DNA of 64,000 nucleotides from Haplodiscus bocki (Eukaryota): NCBI GenBank assembly GCA_965655095.1, contig OZ296657.1, positions 46,500,001 to 46,564,000 of the forward strand, read 5' to 3'. Shown piece by piece: positions 36,501 to 50,367 of this stretch (position 1 is its first letter; each line of letters starts with the position of its first letter). The notes under the pieces were generated by a model. It saw only the letters and a program-made list of their open reading frames with translations, ran no database searches and was not told where the DNA came from. The position numbers and the translations under genes were made by a program.

Positions 36501-39500
36501 TGAGGTTTTCTGGTGGTCTTGTGGTTCGTTCAGAACCGTTTTAGTCTTCTTTTTAGTTGTTTCTTCCTGGGTTGCTCCTGGTTTTGGTACAAACTGCATT
36601 TGTTGGCGTTGCTGTTGCTGGTTATCAAGAAGCTCCCCAAATTCCTCGTTCCGACTGGTTGTCTTTAGTTTGTGCGTTTACTGTTGCGGGTTTTCTGGCA
36701 ATATTGTCCTTCCACTTCAAGAACGCGTTCACCTAACCTGTCCGTCTGTCGTTCCTGTTTCCATGTTGAGCGCCTCAGTGCTGCAATGGTTTCCTCAAAA
36801 TCATCAGATTCTTCGGAAGAGTGCGGCAACTGAGCTCTAATGTACGGTGATGGTGTGAGTATTTTTCTAGGTTGTTTAAGTCTTGGGGCTTGGGGAATCA
36901 TTAACGGTTCTGCTGTCGCTAGTGCGGCGTCGGATTCGTTGACTAATTGTTCAGCTGGTTGTGGTTGTTCAGGTTGTACCCCAAAGCAAGTTGAGATTCG
37001 AACTGGGCTATTAAAGTTAGGAGTTTCCTCTTCAGCTACTATGCGGTCATTGTCCAGAAAATAAGGAAGAGGAAGAAGTCTTGTTCGTCGCGATAATGTC
37101 CCAGAGGTGGATCTGTCTGGAAGTTGTCGGAATTGATCTCGACTATGTCCTTTGCCTGGTAATGAGCTTTGATCGAGCGTAGTCCAATTTGGTGAACATT
37201 TTGGGTATAGTTTGTTTCAACTTTTCTGATGAGATAATTCGAGTCGGCCAACACTTTCTCAACTCTATACAGAGCAAGCTGTTTTTGGATTAGTTCAGGG
37301 CTGAAAGCTGATTGTTCTGTCAGTGGAGGTTTTAACAAAAAAGAGTATGTGTTTGCAGTTAGTGAATTGGCCCTCTCTTTGTGGTCATAATACCTACTGT
37401 ACCTGTTGAAATATTTTGCCAGGCTTTCTTTTGTACTTCGGACTTTTTCATCATTTCACCGCGAAGTGATTCCATGAAGTCGTAATTGAGGGCTGACTTC
37501 TGAATACAGTTACTATAGAAGCGAATATCCATGGGCTTCACGGGGTCTCTTCCATGGAATCAGTTGGTGCACATCCGATTGACGTGTGATAAGATGTGTT
37601 GTGGATGAACGTTGCTAAGTTGAGGAATTTGTGCCAATTAGTGAACGATTGGTTGATATTGAGTTTCAAAACTCTCGTTCGGGCTGCATGTGCCCTTTCC
37701 ACTATTCCAATTGTTTGTGGGTGTTTCAGTGATGCATGATAAGTTTTTTTTTCTAGTAGTTGGGTGATTTCCTGAAATAAGTCTGACACAAACTGCGTTC
37801 CCAAGTCGGAAAGAATTTCTTTTGGTATGTATTTGTGTTGAAACATGATGGAGACTAAGGCTCCTGCAACTGAGATTTCACTGCTTGCGGTCAGTGGTGC
37901 AGCAAAAAGGTATTTGGTTAAGACGTCAATAGCTGTCAGAACATACTTATAGGGTGATGATGGAAATGGTTCCAAAATGTCTACATGCATGAGGTCTTCT
38001 GGGAAAAATTTCAACGTCGAACTCTCTTGTAGTGGTGTTCCAAGCCCTGAGGGTTGTATTTGTTTAATTTACAGGCATGTGGAACAGTTTCTGATATAGT
38101 CTGCGAATACTTCCACATAGTTCGGACAATAGAATCTTTTTGGGAATTCTTCAGTTGTTGGCGTAAATCCAAAGTGTCTTCCAGTTGGAGAGTTCTGTAT
38201 TCTGTACGTGACTTCTTTTAGTATTGTTTTCCATACACATACTGTTTAAGTGTTTGTACAGAAATGTTCCACCGTGGGCAAAATGTCTTTTGTAGAGTTT
38301 TCCGTTTTCTATATATAGTCTTCGAATCTGTTTGAGGTACTTCTGTTCTTCTGCTGTAGAGTAGATGTTTGCTGAAGGTGTGGAATTGGTTTCCAACCAC
38401 TCGCTATCTTTTGGAATCACCTGGTGAGATTTTTGTTCCTTTTTTATGTTAGTTATTGTTGTTTCCAATTCGGTTTACTCATCCGTCGAGTTTGTGTGTT
38501 GAGTTGCATTAATTCCTGTTGTTTTCTTTTTGTATTTCGTCATATGTAGTTCACAGTTTGGTTTCAAATTCTTGAACTGATGCACGGCTTGATAAAAAGT
38601 TTGCAGACTGTTTTAGTGTTATCAGTGTGTTTGTATCTACTTTTTGAAGTATTTCGACAGGTAAGTTGTCTACGAAGAGCTCCTCGACCGTGTTATCTGA
38701 CCCTTTCCTCGTACAACTTTCAATTTTCCTGACTGGACTTCGGTCCGTCAGTTTCCTCTCAATTGTTTCGTTCCAGTGTGATCGCAAGCGAGATAAGAAA
38801 TCTGCTGCAGCATTTGCTTTTCCTGGAATGTGAGTTACCACCATGTTGAATGCTGCAACTCTGTCCCCGTAATACCATAGAGATGGAGGAATTGTTTTGG
38901 CTTGGAAGCATCTGCTCAAATTTTTGTTGTCAGTGAGTATGAGAACTGATTTCTCATTTCTCCATATGAAATGAGGGAGCGTTTCCTAGGCAAAGTAAAA
39001 GAATAGGAATTCCTTCCAATATATTGACATCTTTAGTTGTGCTGTCATGAAAAGTTTCGATCTGAATGAGATGGGTGCGTATGTTTTAACTGTTTCTCCT
39101 TTGTTGTTTTTGACGTAGTCTTCAATCATTAGTACGATTCCTCGGGAGAGGTAACTAGCGTCGCAAAAGATGGCATATTGGAGTCCTGGTTTGGGAAGTC
39201 AACGAGTATGCGTTGTGGTGGTTTTGAGTTTTTCTCGGAAATTTTTAAATGCATTTTCGATCTCTTCCGTTATTTCAAGCGAAACAATTTTCCGCAAACG
39301 TTTGTTGAAGGGTATGAGTTGCTCATTTAGGTAGGTTCAGGATGAAGCTTCGAAAAAATTGAAGGAAGCTTCTTAGCCGTTTTACTTGTTTCAACTGATT
39401 TTCGTATTTCAAGGTTTCTCAAAAACTTTTCGATTTTGTCTTTTTCAGGTTGTAGCCCTTCCTTACTTACGAAAATTCTAAGGAAACCAATTTTTTCTGA

Positions 39501-42168
39501 TCCAAAGACACACTGTTCTGGCAATAATTTGAGTCTTGATCTGGGTGATGAGTCGTAGGGTAGGTGTGAAGTGTTCAATTGATTCTACTCCACATCCGAT
39601 ATCATCCATGAACTGTGTGCAAACGTTCGCTGAAAGGCAGGGTTGCAAGTAGGTTCTCACGAAATCACTGAAGTCTGTTACTGATCTTTTGAGACCTCCA
39701 GCTATTCTCTGGTGAGCCATAGTTCTAGAAGCGAAATTGAAAGCAAGCAATTGTACTGATAGTGGGTCAACCCTTTGTACGCAATGGTACTCTTGAGAGC
39801 AATCTAGTTTCCCAAAAAGTGATTTCCCAACAAAGTTCGCTGTTGTATCAGCAATGGGCAAAATTGGGAAGTTGTTGTTATGGTACTCATCTAAAAGAAG
39901 GTGATTACATCTGCGTAAATCTACTAAAGTTCTGAGTTCTTCATTTGGTTTGCGATGTTCAGGAACTGGACTGCTGTTTTTCGAATGGTTGAGGCTTGTT
40001 ATGAAACCGAAGTTTTGCAGAAGGGCTAGCTCTACTTGTTGTTTTTTATGTTAGTGTATCGGCGTTGGCGGACTTTGGGTGTAGACCGGTTGGTTTTGCT
40101 CTGGTGTTAATTTCATAGAAGTTTCCCCATTTTAAACAACATCAAATCTCTGTTTCGCGAAAAAATCAGAAAGTTCTATCAATAAGTATTCAACTTGCTG
40201 TTTTTCGTCCACTTCAAGTACAGAATAGTTCCATTTGAATCTCCGTAGAAACTGGTTACGGTATTCGTTATTAATGTGTAGGTCTATACTGTCTAGTTTT
40301 CTTGGCTTCTCTAGATCCATGTAGATTCTCTTTTCAACACATTTCAGTGCTGATGGGGACTTGCATGTTTCTAGTGGTGGAAACCAGAACCTTTTGTAGT
40401 TGGGCTTCGGTCGAGGTGATTAGGAATCTGCATTAAATTCTTCGTCATTTACCAACTGGTTTATTTCATGCGCGAAGTTATCTGGGTTTTTGATTTTTGC
40501 TAGAGTTAGTATTTGTGGGTCGATCGGGGTTAATGCTTCAACTTGTTGTTGTGAGCGATATTTGAAATAGACAATTTCCGAGGTCGGAGGAATAGTGATG
40601 TCATTGGTTTTGACGGTGACGGCAGATAAGTACAAATTTACTTCTGAATTAGTTCGGAATAAGTAGGAAGTAATGCACAGTCCAGTTTTTTCTTCAAAGC
40701 AGACTTTTGGTTCCACTATACCGCATACATCAGCAAGTCTTTTGTTTTTTGTTGGGAGATTGCATTTCAGCGTTGTGTGTTGGCTAGGGGCAATGACGCA
40801 TTTTTCCAAAATTCTGATAGTATATTGGGGTTTTCCAATTTTATCCGGTTGTGTTGATTTTTCGTTCGACTGAAGCGTCAAGTTGGGCAATTTCATCAAG
40901 TTTTCCTTCGGATAAAATTCAATGGAGTTGTTTTTGAAAAACGGGTTTCCCAAATTGATGCTATTTGTGTTCGGAAGTATTGAAAAATCTTCTTTGAAAC
41001 AGTTGTTTGCTATTGAAAAATCGAGTTGGAATTAGCCACGCACAGGTATAAGTTGTTCGGAAGCAAGTTCAACTTCACCGACCTCAGAATGTTGTAATTT
41101 GACTGCTGTTCTTCCATGTGATGATTTTAATTCCTCGTAGCTTCAGGTTGAATATAGTTGGAATAGGAGTTCTAGTTACTAAGGGTTTTGATAACCATGG
41201 AGAAATCCTCTGTTGTTGTTGAAGCAACCTCGTCTTTCGTTGTTGGCATATCCTCGTCCTCTGAATTCTATTTGACTGTTCAATCTAAAAATGCAGCGTT
41301 GTGAGGGTTTGAAACCATTGTTACTATTATTGGAGTTTTGGTGGCTTGGGACATTCACAAAGTTGATTCCTTTAGATAGGACCGTTCGTATATGTTTCAG
41401 TTAGTCCTGTTGTTGTGTAAGTTTTGTTATTGCCCCTACTATAATTTCTGAAAGTGTTGAACTAACTCCATTGAAAGCATCTCTCGTCCAGTCGTCACTT
41501 GGGCAGAAATCGGAGACTGCCATTTGGCGTCTTGCAATTATGCAAAAGTCTTGCACCGTTATTGCCTCAATTTGGTCCAGTAGTTTTCTTTTGATGAAGT
41601 TTGGCATGGCATTTGTGCATATCTCTTCGATTATCCTGTTCTTCTCGTTCACGGTTTTGTTTAACACTGCTTGGTTTGCATCTTGTGCATTCTGAACTCT
41701 GTCAATCTCTGCTTGGGCGGTCGGCGGGTTCGCTGGTGGAATTGATGGGAATACTGGGATAGGGTAAGCTTGTGTTGCTTTTATCTCTACTTGTACCACG
41801 AAGTCTTCCGGGCTACCATTCTTGTGATCAAATTTCAAATTTTGAGGCTGTAACTTGTTAAGTTCTCTGAGGTTAGGTTTGCAGTAAGGGTTTCTCAGTG
41901 CCGTTATTGCTGTATCAACGTCATCTCTTGTCACCTGTTGTAAAGTTCTGAAAAATTGTAGGCCCTGGTCAAGTAAATGAAGTTAAAGAAACTGTGGTCG
42001 GTTGGCATTTGGGATTTTGCCAACAATACTCAGACTTCTGAGACGACTTTCGAAATCTGGCCAGTTTTCATCTGTTTTTCCGTGGAATGAGTTCAAAGAA
42101 AAATGTGGCTCTGTAATTGCTGGCATAGTTCTGGAAAAGTTGTAATCCTCACGTCCTCTTTGTCACGA

Positions 42169-42695
42169 TGTAAAGCTGTTTGGAAGTCTTTGTTATAAAT
42201 CGATATCTTTTCTCTTCCAGTCTTAAGACTTGGATTTTTTTTTGGTGGCTATCCTCAGTGCGTGGTGCGAGGAAAAACTCAGTTAATGAGTTGGAGAATT
42301 AATTGCCAAAGCGCAGCCAACTATTCAGTAGCTTTCACAATTCAGCTCTCTTCAAAGAGGTTAATTTACAGCTTCATAATTTTTTGCATCTACTCTTTTG
42401 TCGTCATGAGGAAATTATAATTCAATAAAAGTTTATCTTCAATATGTTTTCTTTGTATTTCCTTTCCATGCTGATATTAATGATTTATGTCTTGTCCATT
42501 TCAATTCTTGGTTGTTTATTTCCCCGGATATTAGTGTTTCCGTTCAGTGGAGGGTTCGTTAATAAAATGTAAAATGTCAGATTTCAAGAAAATGAGTAGC
42601 GCCAAAAATTAATGATTCAATAATGAATCGAATTGAAGTCATGTATTCCCGCATTGTATAAAGTAAATGAAAACAACATTCAGTACATTTTTACA
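42169..42695 (-). repeat. 5' LTR of the Gypsy element
   Basis: Direct repeat of 30415-30942; gag ATG lies ~40 nt downstream on the minus strand. Confidence 0.9.
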
Positions 42696-43073
42696 CGCAT
42701 TTTTGCAGATTTGCTTCGTTGTCGACAGCCCTATCCAACAGAGAAGCTGAGAAGAAGACCCTCAGCGACAAATCTTGTTGGTTTTCAGATTTTCACCATA
42801 TTCCCAGATCACTGCTTGAAAAAAGAAGGACTGTAATAAAACATAATCTGGAGTGTTTGCTGTACATTTGTAACTTAGACAATTAGATGTTTTCTTTGAT
42901 ACTAAAAAACATTTTTAAAAAATGTTATAAGTAAACTTTCCCTAAATAACGGCAATCAGTTTACATTTTCAAACCTGCTTTAGACTTGCAAGCTGTAAAA
43001 GTTGTTTTACTTCCATAAAAAAACAAAAACATTAATTTCGTTGGGCGAGGAAAGACTTCGTTAAAAGAAACCC

Positions 43074-46000
43074 TGTTCTCGTCAAAACTCGTTGACCTTT
43101 TTGTCAACAATATTCGATGCAAAAATCGGCGGGGCCACTCTGACAATTCAAGGAAGAAAAGAAAACTTTTTTTCGAAAAGAAGTTGAATATGGGAGAAGT
43201 TTCCAAGAAGAATCTGGATATTTTCTGCGGTAATCTTTCAACCAACACTAATTTAGATTCACGTGTTACAATTCTGAGGAATATAGAATACGTACTGCAA
43301 TTTTATTTGATAATCCTGAAAATTTGCCCGAGAATTAGTGACAAAATCTGAGCTCAAGGAATCAAGAACATAGAATATGGCGAAAATCATTAAACTTTGG
43401 GCAAATGGGAAGACATATTAAAACCAAAGATAAAACTCTTTTTTTAGTCTTTAGAAATTAATGAAGATTTCCGACAATCCAGTACAAATTCCAAGAATTT
43501 CCGACGAAAGTTCGAATAAAGCAGAACTTCGATTCCACGAATATGAGTAACGTATACCGCCCGCCTTGAATGAGTTGAATCAACGTTATTATGTGAAAGC
43601 ACTGCAAATTCCTACGAGTTAACGAGAAAACAAGTGTTTTCAATCAGACGGTGGAGATAGTATTATAAATTTATGTACAGCCCTACTGTAAACACCAGAC
43701 TGAGTTCTCACTTTGAAAACTCATACATAGCTTTCAGGACGATCATACAAACGAGCAATCCATCCTAATGGCCACTGTAATGGTGCAACGTTGTCATCAT
43801 TGATGCAAACAACATTGCCGATCTGCAAACTGTCACTTCCTTTACTCCATTTTGCCTTTCCTGCAAAGGCGTCACCTTTTCTTTGTTCCAGAGCTTCCAG
43901 AAATTTAAGAGCAAAAGTTGTACGTGCGATAATCTGGTTGTTGCAGTGCAGTTAGAAATGTCACGTTTCATCGAGGTTTCAATTGTTGGAAAGGTTTCGA
44001 GTTTTGCACATTAGCTGCGCTGGAATCAATTTTTCAACGTCTTTCGGATCATCGGAGATAACGCATATCGGAAGTGGGTTCGAATTAATTTCGTCTTTAC
44101 ATAGAGTTGTCAACTCTTCCAAGCTCAGAGTTTGATAACCCATTTTGCGCCTCGATTGATGTTTTGCATGAGGAGATATGAAATTCTAGTCAATCAAAAG
44201 GTCAGCCGCTGCTGTCTGCAATTTATTTTGGTGCTTCGCGTTCAAGATTTTTTTGCAATCTTTCAAGCTCTGACTATGAGCTGCTGAAACTTGTGGCATT
44301 ATCTGAGTACAGTTTTTCTGGACAACCTTTCCTTGCCGTGAATCATTGTAAAGCGGCAATGCAATCAGCGGTTATTAAGTGGCACACAAGTTTCAACTGA
44401 ACAGCTTTACTCGCAAAACAAATAAAAAATGCCATATACGCTTCATTGCTTTCAGGTTCCGGAATTTTTTGGAAAAAGGACCGTCAAATATAATTCTACG
44501 TCTTGGAACGCCCCAGGCGGTACACTTGTCTTTTCTTTAGGCAAGTCTCCATTTAGCGGTTGTTCTTTCTCTCCCGTAAAACGCGAACCTGTTACGCAGT
44601 TTGGAGAAACTTTGCGCTCTTGGTTCCTGAATCCCGGTATCCAGAAGCGACTTCTTGTTTGACTTATGGTCTGGGTGGCTCCTCTATGTAAGGTGAAATA
44701 AGGAGCGTCTAAAATGACAAGTCTTGCTATTTCACTCCTTTCAGGAAACAATATCGCGTACTTATAGTGTCTCCAGGAACGCCAGCCGGCCACCCACGCA
44801 CAAAATATCTTCGTTAGGGAATGGATAAAGCCTAGTTTGTTTGTTTTGTGGTTTTACTTGTGGACTTATTTCGAGAATTTTAAATTCACAATGATAAAAT
44901 TTGTGCTGGTCGTGACGTAGCAGAAGTTCCAAACCCTCTTGTTGTTTTGTTAATGCTACAAACATGAAAACGTTTGTATAGCTGTTTTTAAAATTTTTAT
45001 TGAAGTTTTTTAGGTGGACAACTTTCCTGAAGGCCTTTCGGAGAGAGTTTCGTTCAAACAATTTCATTTCATCATGTCTTTGGTCGTGTGATTCCTGAAA
45101 TTGAGTTGCAAATGTTGGCATTGTCCTAATGGAGTGCTTCCTTTCCTCACGTGCCTCTTGAGGCGATTATTGATCCTGTAAATCGTTTGTATTAAGCAGT
45201 TCTGGGCCTCACCATCACAGTGAACAGTTTTTCTGGTTTCAGTGGATCCATGCTTCTTGAGGCACTGTCAACTGGGTTGACGTTACTCCATTTTAAAAAC
45301 TTTTTCTCTTGATTTTTTGCAACTCAGTTAGTCACAAGTGTTCACCAACAGTTGGCTTCACCTGCCAACTAATTCAAAACTATTCATGCATCGGTCCATG
45401 CTTTTTGATAATTTATTTTCAAATTCCGCTGGCTGAGATTTTCCGAAACATATTCTAATTTTTGAGAGCCTAAAAATGGTGCGCAAAGTTCCCAACGGGG
45501 AATGGAGTGCGCTTTTAAAGGCACCATTTTAGCTTGAACAGTTAGCAAAATTGCTCTCCACAACACTTGCTCGTCTTGGGCTGCTACGTAGATGCCAGCG
45601 CTATTGTCAGTGGCTGAAGCGTCACAAAACCGGTGAAAGTCAATTAGATCCGTCTGTTTTGTTTTGGGGACGAACCTGATAAACTTTTCGTGTCGTAGTT
45701 TACTCAGATGTGACTTACATTCTAAAAGTTTTTTGTGATGTCGATGAGAAGATTTTCATCCCACAGTAGTTGACTAGCCAAAATCTACGCAAAAAAAATT
45801 CAATTTTATTGTTTTTTTTGCAAAAGTCAACCCAAAAAGTCATAACTTTTTGCTTTGTCACTCAGGACTAACCGTTTTTTGAGTGCTTATGGCCAAAACG
45901 TTTCTGTCAATTGCGTGACTTTGAATTGAAAGAGATCAAATATGAGTTCCAAACAGTTCTTAGTGTGTTAATGGTGTGCCTGTCTTGCAGGAGTTTGATA

Positions 46001-49000
46001 TCCTTTTTGGCCTCTTGATATTCCGGCATCAGTGACAAAGTGACTCGTGGTTAACTGCACGTCCACATTTTCAGATGGAACTGTCAGTTTTCAATGTGGT
46101 GGTCAGGCTTGACTGAATTTGTTTTGCTTCCTGTTAACTAGGTGCTCTTGTTGAAATATCATCTGCCCCAAAATCACTTTGAATTGCTTTTCAGGTATCT
46201 ATCACGATTTTTTCAGTTGTCGTCGGTTCTAAAGGTGAACGCATTGGATCATAAGAAGAACTTGCGACAATGTACCTTACTCTTGTCATACAGTATGTTT
46301 AAACGATTTGTTTTGGGCTAAATAGCCAGAAAAACCTATGACTATCGGGACATTTGTCGTTCAGCTCAACTTGACCATGCATTTGTGCCACATCAGGACT
46401 CAATCCAATTTTGATGGAGCGGAATCGAAATATAATGTTGAAAATGTCTTCCTGAAATTTGGTGCCTACCACAAGACACTCGTTTGCGTACACTCCATAT
46501 GTTGTTTTGGCACTTGCGTCAGAAACCATCCTCAGTTTCATTGTGGTGCTACCTGATTTCACAACACAGTGATGTGGTAATTAGTGTTATTCTTGTGACT
46601 CCAGTTGTCGTTCAGGGACCTTTTCCAGGTGACCCAAATTGATGAATTATACAATTTTATTGGAATCTTTGTTTGGTTTTCCTTGCTCAAAAGTTTTTTC
46701 TCTAAGTTGAAGATTTTTTTCAGGTCGCCAGCTTTACTCAGACTTGCAGCATTTCTGTTGAAGGGTAGGTGAACAGCAAATCGGCCTGGAAGAAGTGCCT
46801 TTCGCTCTGTTTTTTAATCGTAGTGACTTTTGCATCCCTTTCCTTCATGTGAACATTTTTTCTTTCGGGTACGTTTTCTAATTCCAAAAATTTGAAGTTA
46901 TTTGCTCAGTATAGCTTGCAGGTAAAATTGATAAAAAAGGTATCAAAATTTGAACTTTTGTCTTCAAATTCTGGTTTTTGGACGGTACCAAAAAATAATC
47001 CAGCCATAGAGTGATTCTCGTATGACGACTCCTTTGTCTTTGATTCGGTCATCTAACATAATCTCTTCGAGTACATCACCGCCCAGAAGAGTGTCCGTCT
47101 TATCAGGCACGTTGGACTCTGGATCTGCAAAATGCAGATTATTGACATGTCGTACTTGTGTAACATCGATAGGTTGTGATAGTACTTCGTTCGTGGTTTT
47201 CGGGTTGACGTGCAATTTTGTTTCAACAGCATCATTGGTTTTTATGACAACCATAATTTGCGTTCTCTATGTCTTTGCTAATCCGAGACCAGCAAATAGC
47301 GTCTGTACTTTTATAATTGGAAGCAAAAAGGCCTTGGCCTTAACCTCTGTTATGAAGCCGGCTTGAAAGCCGGAGATAAGAACTCCACACGTTTGTATTT
47401 CTTTGCCAGTATGGTCACGAAGTGAAACGTAAGTTGTTGACATTGAAACATTACAAAACGTCGGAATAGTGGAGGAAAAGTAGTGCTGTAGGCCTTCATG
47501 TAACGTTTTGCAATGATTATTCACAACAGCTGTTTGAGGTTTATCTTCGGACTCATCACTAGACGCATTAGCTTGAATCCTTTTTTGTTAAAGGAACTTG
47601 CTTGCGAAACACTTGTCGCGATATAAAACAGTGTGGTGCTTCATTTTTCACTGCCTGCAAATGTATTTTTTAGCTACAAGCACATACGCTGTATTCGGTT
47701 GAGAAACAATTGAAACACAATTGTTTCGATCTTGCCAAATTCGTTTTATTGGAGACAGACACGTTATTAAACTGCTGACACGCATGACCTTTGTGACATT
47801 CAGAGCAAGATTCGTTACAATCACTCACTGTTGAGTTTGATTGAACCCTGCCGTCCTGTTTTGAGTTTTTCGTGTTGCTCGATTGGCTTTGGGAACAATC
47901 AATATGTTTACCGAGCTCAAGAACTGTACTTGGTGAGTCTAAAAACTGAAAAAGAACATCTGTGCCTGGATGAGCTTATTTTCCTTGTTTTTTCCTCTCA
48001 ATGTCTACATTCTCTGTAATGCAGAAAATCAACAAGGAGTGGTACGCATCTTTGGGCTCACTTTTTTCTTCTAGGGCTCGCAAATGTTTAATGGTTGTTT
48101 CAAAAATTTTTTGCAACGCTAACCCAAACTAAGACTTCTTGATTGCTTGGGTCCATGTCAATTTCAGAAGTTCCTGCACAATGCAGCGTTTGTTTTTGTA
48201 CCTCTCTCACAGAAAATTCACGGCAATTTTTTGTTTCACGTCAGTTATCTTCACTGAAAGCCTTAGCTTAGCGGCGTCGCCTTTGAGACACATTCGAGGC
48301 TATTAAAGCTTTTCTGAGTTACCTAGTTGCTCGTTTGACTCTACAAACGCCCCTAAAAGATCAATGAATGAAACAAACTCAGTGTATGGGCCGATGAAAA
48401 TGGTAGTTTGAATTTTGGCAGTTTCAATTTACTAGTTGTGGTCGCCGAAGCACCTCCCAATTTCAAACTTTTACGTGACGTTTCTTTTTGTCTGTACGTA
48501 ATCAAGAGCGACTCTAATTGTGTAGTCGAACCCCTGCCCTTTTATCAAAAGCAGCTTTTGACTCAATTTCAGCAGTCAAATCGTCCTCAACCTCTATAAA
48601 TTGCTGGATTTCGCAATCGTGGCGGTGAACAAAGTTGCATCAGTTTTTCAAAAAGGCTATAAGAGCTTTGCTTCACAAAGCTGTTCCTCATTTACTATCG
48701 ACCGCAATAGCATCAAATCAACATTGGGCTCCACTTTTGTTAAGACACCTTTGTGTCCGCGGCGAATACGGATCAATTTCTTAGTGTTTGGTTTTGGGTC
48801 CACCTTGGAACCGTTTGTTTCTGTTTCCACCATAATTTACGAGTAAAAAAATTATCCATATTCTGCTTTTTCAAAAACGGGAACTCCTAAATTTCCGGAA
48901 AAATTAGTCTAATTGTGAGAACACACTTTTTCAGTTCAAACTTGACAACAATCAATTTATTAAACACACAAGATGTCACCAAACGAAAACCAAAAAATTG

Positions 49001-50367
49001 TAATGAACGTTAGTTGATGCTACGTTCTCCCTACTGAAGAAGGCTCAGAAATTGAGAAAACATTTGACGACAATCGTGTGATTAAACAACTAAGAAGTTA
49101 CCAAGTGTAAATGTAAAGCTTTTATGCGATTAGCGACAAAAACTAACACTCATTTTTCTTTGCAATCCGCTTCCGTCGTTTGTTTGACACGTTTTTTTTA
49201 ATTTGGTCGATTTTTTCCCAGCAACCTCTGTGGATAGTTCTGATGCTTCCGAAATTTTTGAAGGATTTCAAATTTAATGCGTTCCAACGGTTGCATTTTC
49301 CACAGTTCTTGATTGTAATTGGCTGACTGTTTCTTTCGACTGGAAAGCAAGTGTTTCTTTGGAGTGATTGTTACGTATGAGGCCTGAAACATTGCTTTGT
49401 GTATGTTAGGTGTTCCAATGCTTTGATTGTATATGATAGCATTAATCCGATTCTCGAAGGGTTCCAGAATGTTGGGGAGAACGTCCTCGGATTGCCGTTA
49501 TTTTTGTGCGGGGAGAGAGAGTTATTCACAAGATCGTGCCAGATGACGATGTTTTTGCAAGTTTTTAGAAATTTTCTGGCAAGGTTTTGCTGTTCTTTGA
49601 CGGAATCCTTCGCTGTTGGATGAAAGGTCAATCCGGGCACCGTAAAGACTTTTCCTTGAAAATCGTTGTGGATGGACGTTGGGGCTTTGTCGATGGGTCT
49701 TCTCAAGGAGGTTGCTCCAATGACATGGACTTTTTGAAATTGTGTGATTTGTGGCTGACGCAACTGGCCAAACTACCATATTTTGCAAGGAAGCAGGAAA
49801 AAATTTGTGGCTTTGGTCGCAAAGATAGGAACTTTCCCATCTGAAAAAACTTACGTTTCTTGAATTCATATTGTCCGGGTCGGCGGACCAACAAATGTTC
49901 TCGCCATTGCTCCTTGACCCGTCGGTCAACAATATTTAATATATATTTTTCGGCGGAACATTTTGGCGTTTCAGAGAAGAAGATTTTATTTAGAAAAAGA
50001 GTTAACTATTGGAAGAATTTCCAAAAAAGAAAAATCTGAGTACTTTTTGGGGTATTCTTTCAAACAACAATGATTTAGATTGACGTGTTACGTTTCTGAG
50101 CAATAATGATTACGTACTGCATTTTTATAGGATAATCTTGAAGATTTGCCCCAGAATTAGTGACAAGATTTGAGATCAAGAACATCAAAGATGGCGAAAA
50201 TCATTAAAATTGGGGCAAAACGGATATTATATTGAAAACCCACGATAAAACGCTTTTGTAGACTTCAGAAGATAAAGATTAGATCCGACAATTTCAGAAT
50301 ATCTTCCAATAATTTCAACCAAAAATTCGATTAAATCAAAATTTCGATTCCAGGAACATGAGTAACA
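43074..50367 (-). mobile_element. BEL/Pao LTR retrotransposon, degenerate, with an extra ORF upstream of gag
   Basis: Diverged LTRs 43074-43552 and 49896-50367 (TGTT...AACA). PBS-like TGGTCCGCCGACCCGGA (resembles the tRNA-Tyr complement) follows the 5' LTR, and PPT-like TTCAAGGCGGGCGG precedes the 3' LTR. Gag ATG 48833. Pao motifs LRMVSDASAK, FCDAS, AK..PLK..SIPR.EL, WTD and VGGRL. No TSD recognisable. Confidence 0.85.
49150..49780 (-). pseudogene. Accessory SGNH/GDSL-fold-like ORF, homologous to LINE ORF0 at 12942
   Basis: VHVIGATSL, VPGLTF, IVIWHDLVNNSLS.H.NN, RINAIIY, KKHLLS.RK, KMQP and a basic tail; frameshifted. Confidence 0.6.

Larger units (their letters stand above)
30415..42695 (-). 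mobile_element. Env-bearing Gypsy/Ty3 LTR retrotransposon (endogenous-retrovirus-like), degenerate
   Basis: LTRs 30415-30942 and 42169-42695 (TGTAA...TTACA), TSD CACAT/CGCAT. Order on minus strand: gag ATG 42126, RT (KLDCSQ.YH, QFMDDI), RNase H (HIPGKANAAADFLSR), integrase (DILEPFP, SDLGTQF, HPQTIGIVER), macrodomain, unknown ORFs, env. Confidence 0.93.
27050..42840 (+). mobile_element. Degenerate CR1/L2-group LINE (PHD ORF1, APE-RT ORF2) interrupted at 30414 by the Gypsy element
   Basis: PHD CQKC...QCEKCESWLHLSC, then FTNARSL, ISETWF, GGDF, QHGFR, DFSKVFD and KFADDTT. The frame rejoins across the Gypsy (ETEKH|IFADLL); AATAAA near 42835. Confidence 0.85.

Noticed and set aside
49034-49066. 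Hammerhead-like CTGAAGA-AGGCTCA...TGAG-AAAAC inside the BEL leader (+ strand)
   Set aside because: The CGAAA core and stem II base are incomplete, stems I and III are not convincing, and it is antisense to the element.
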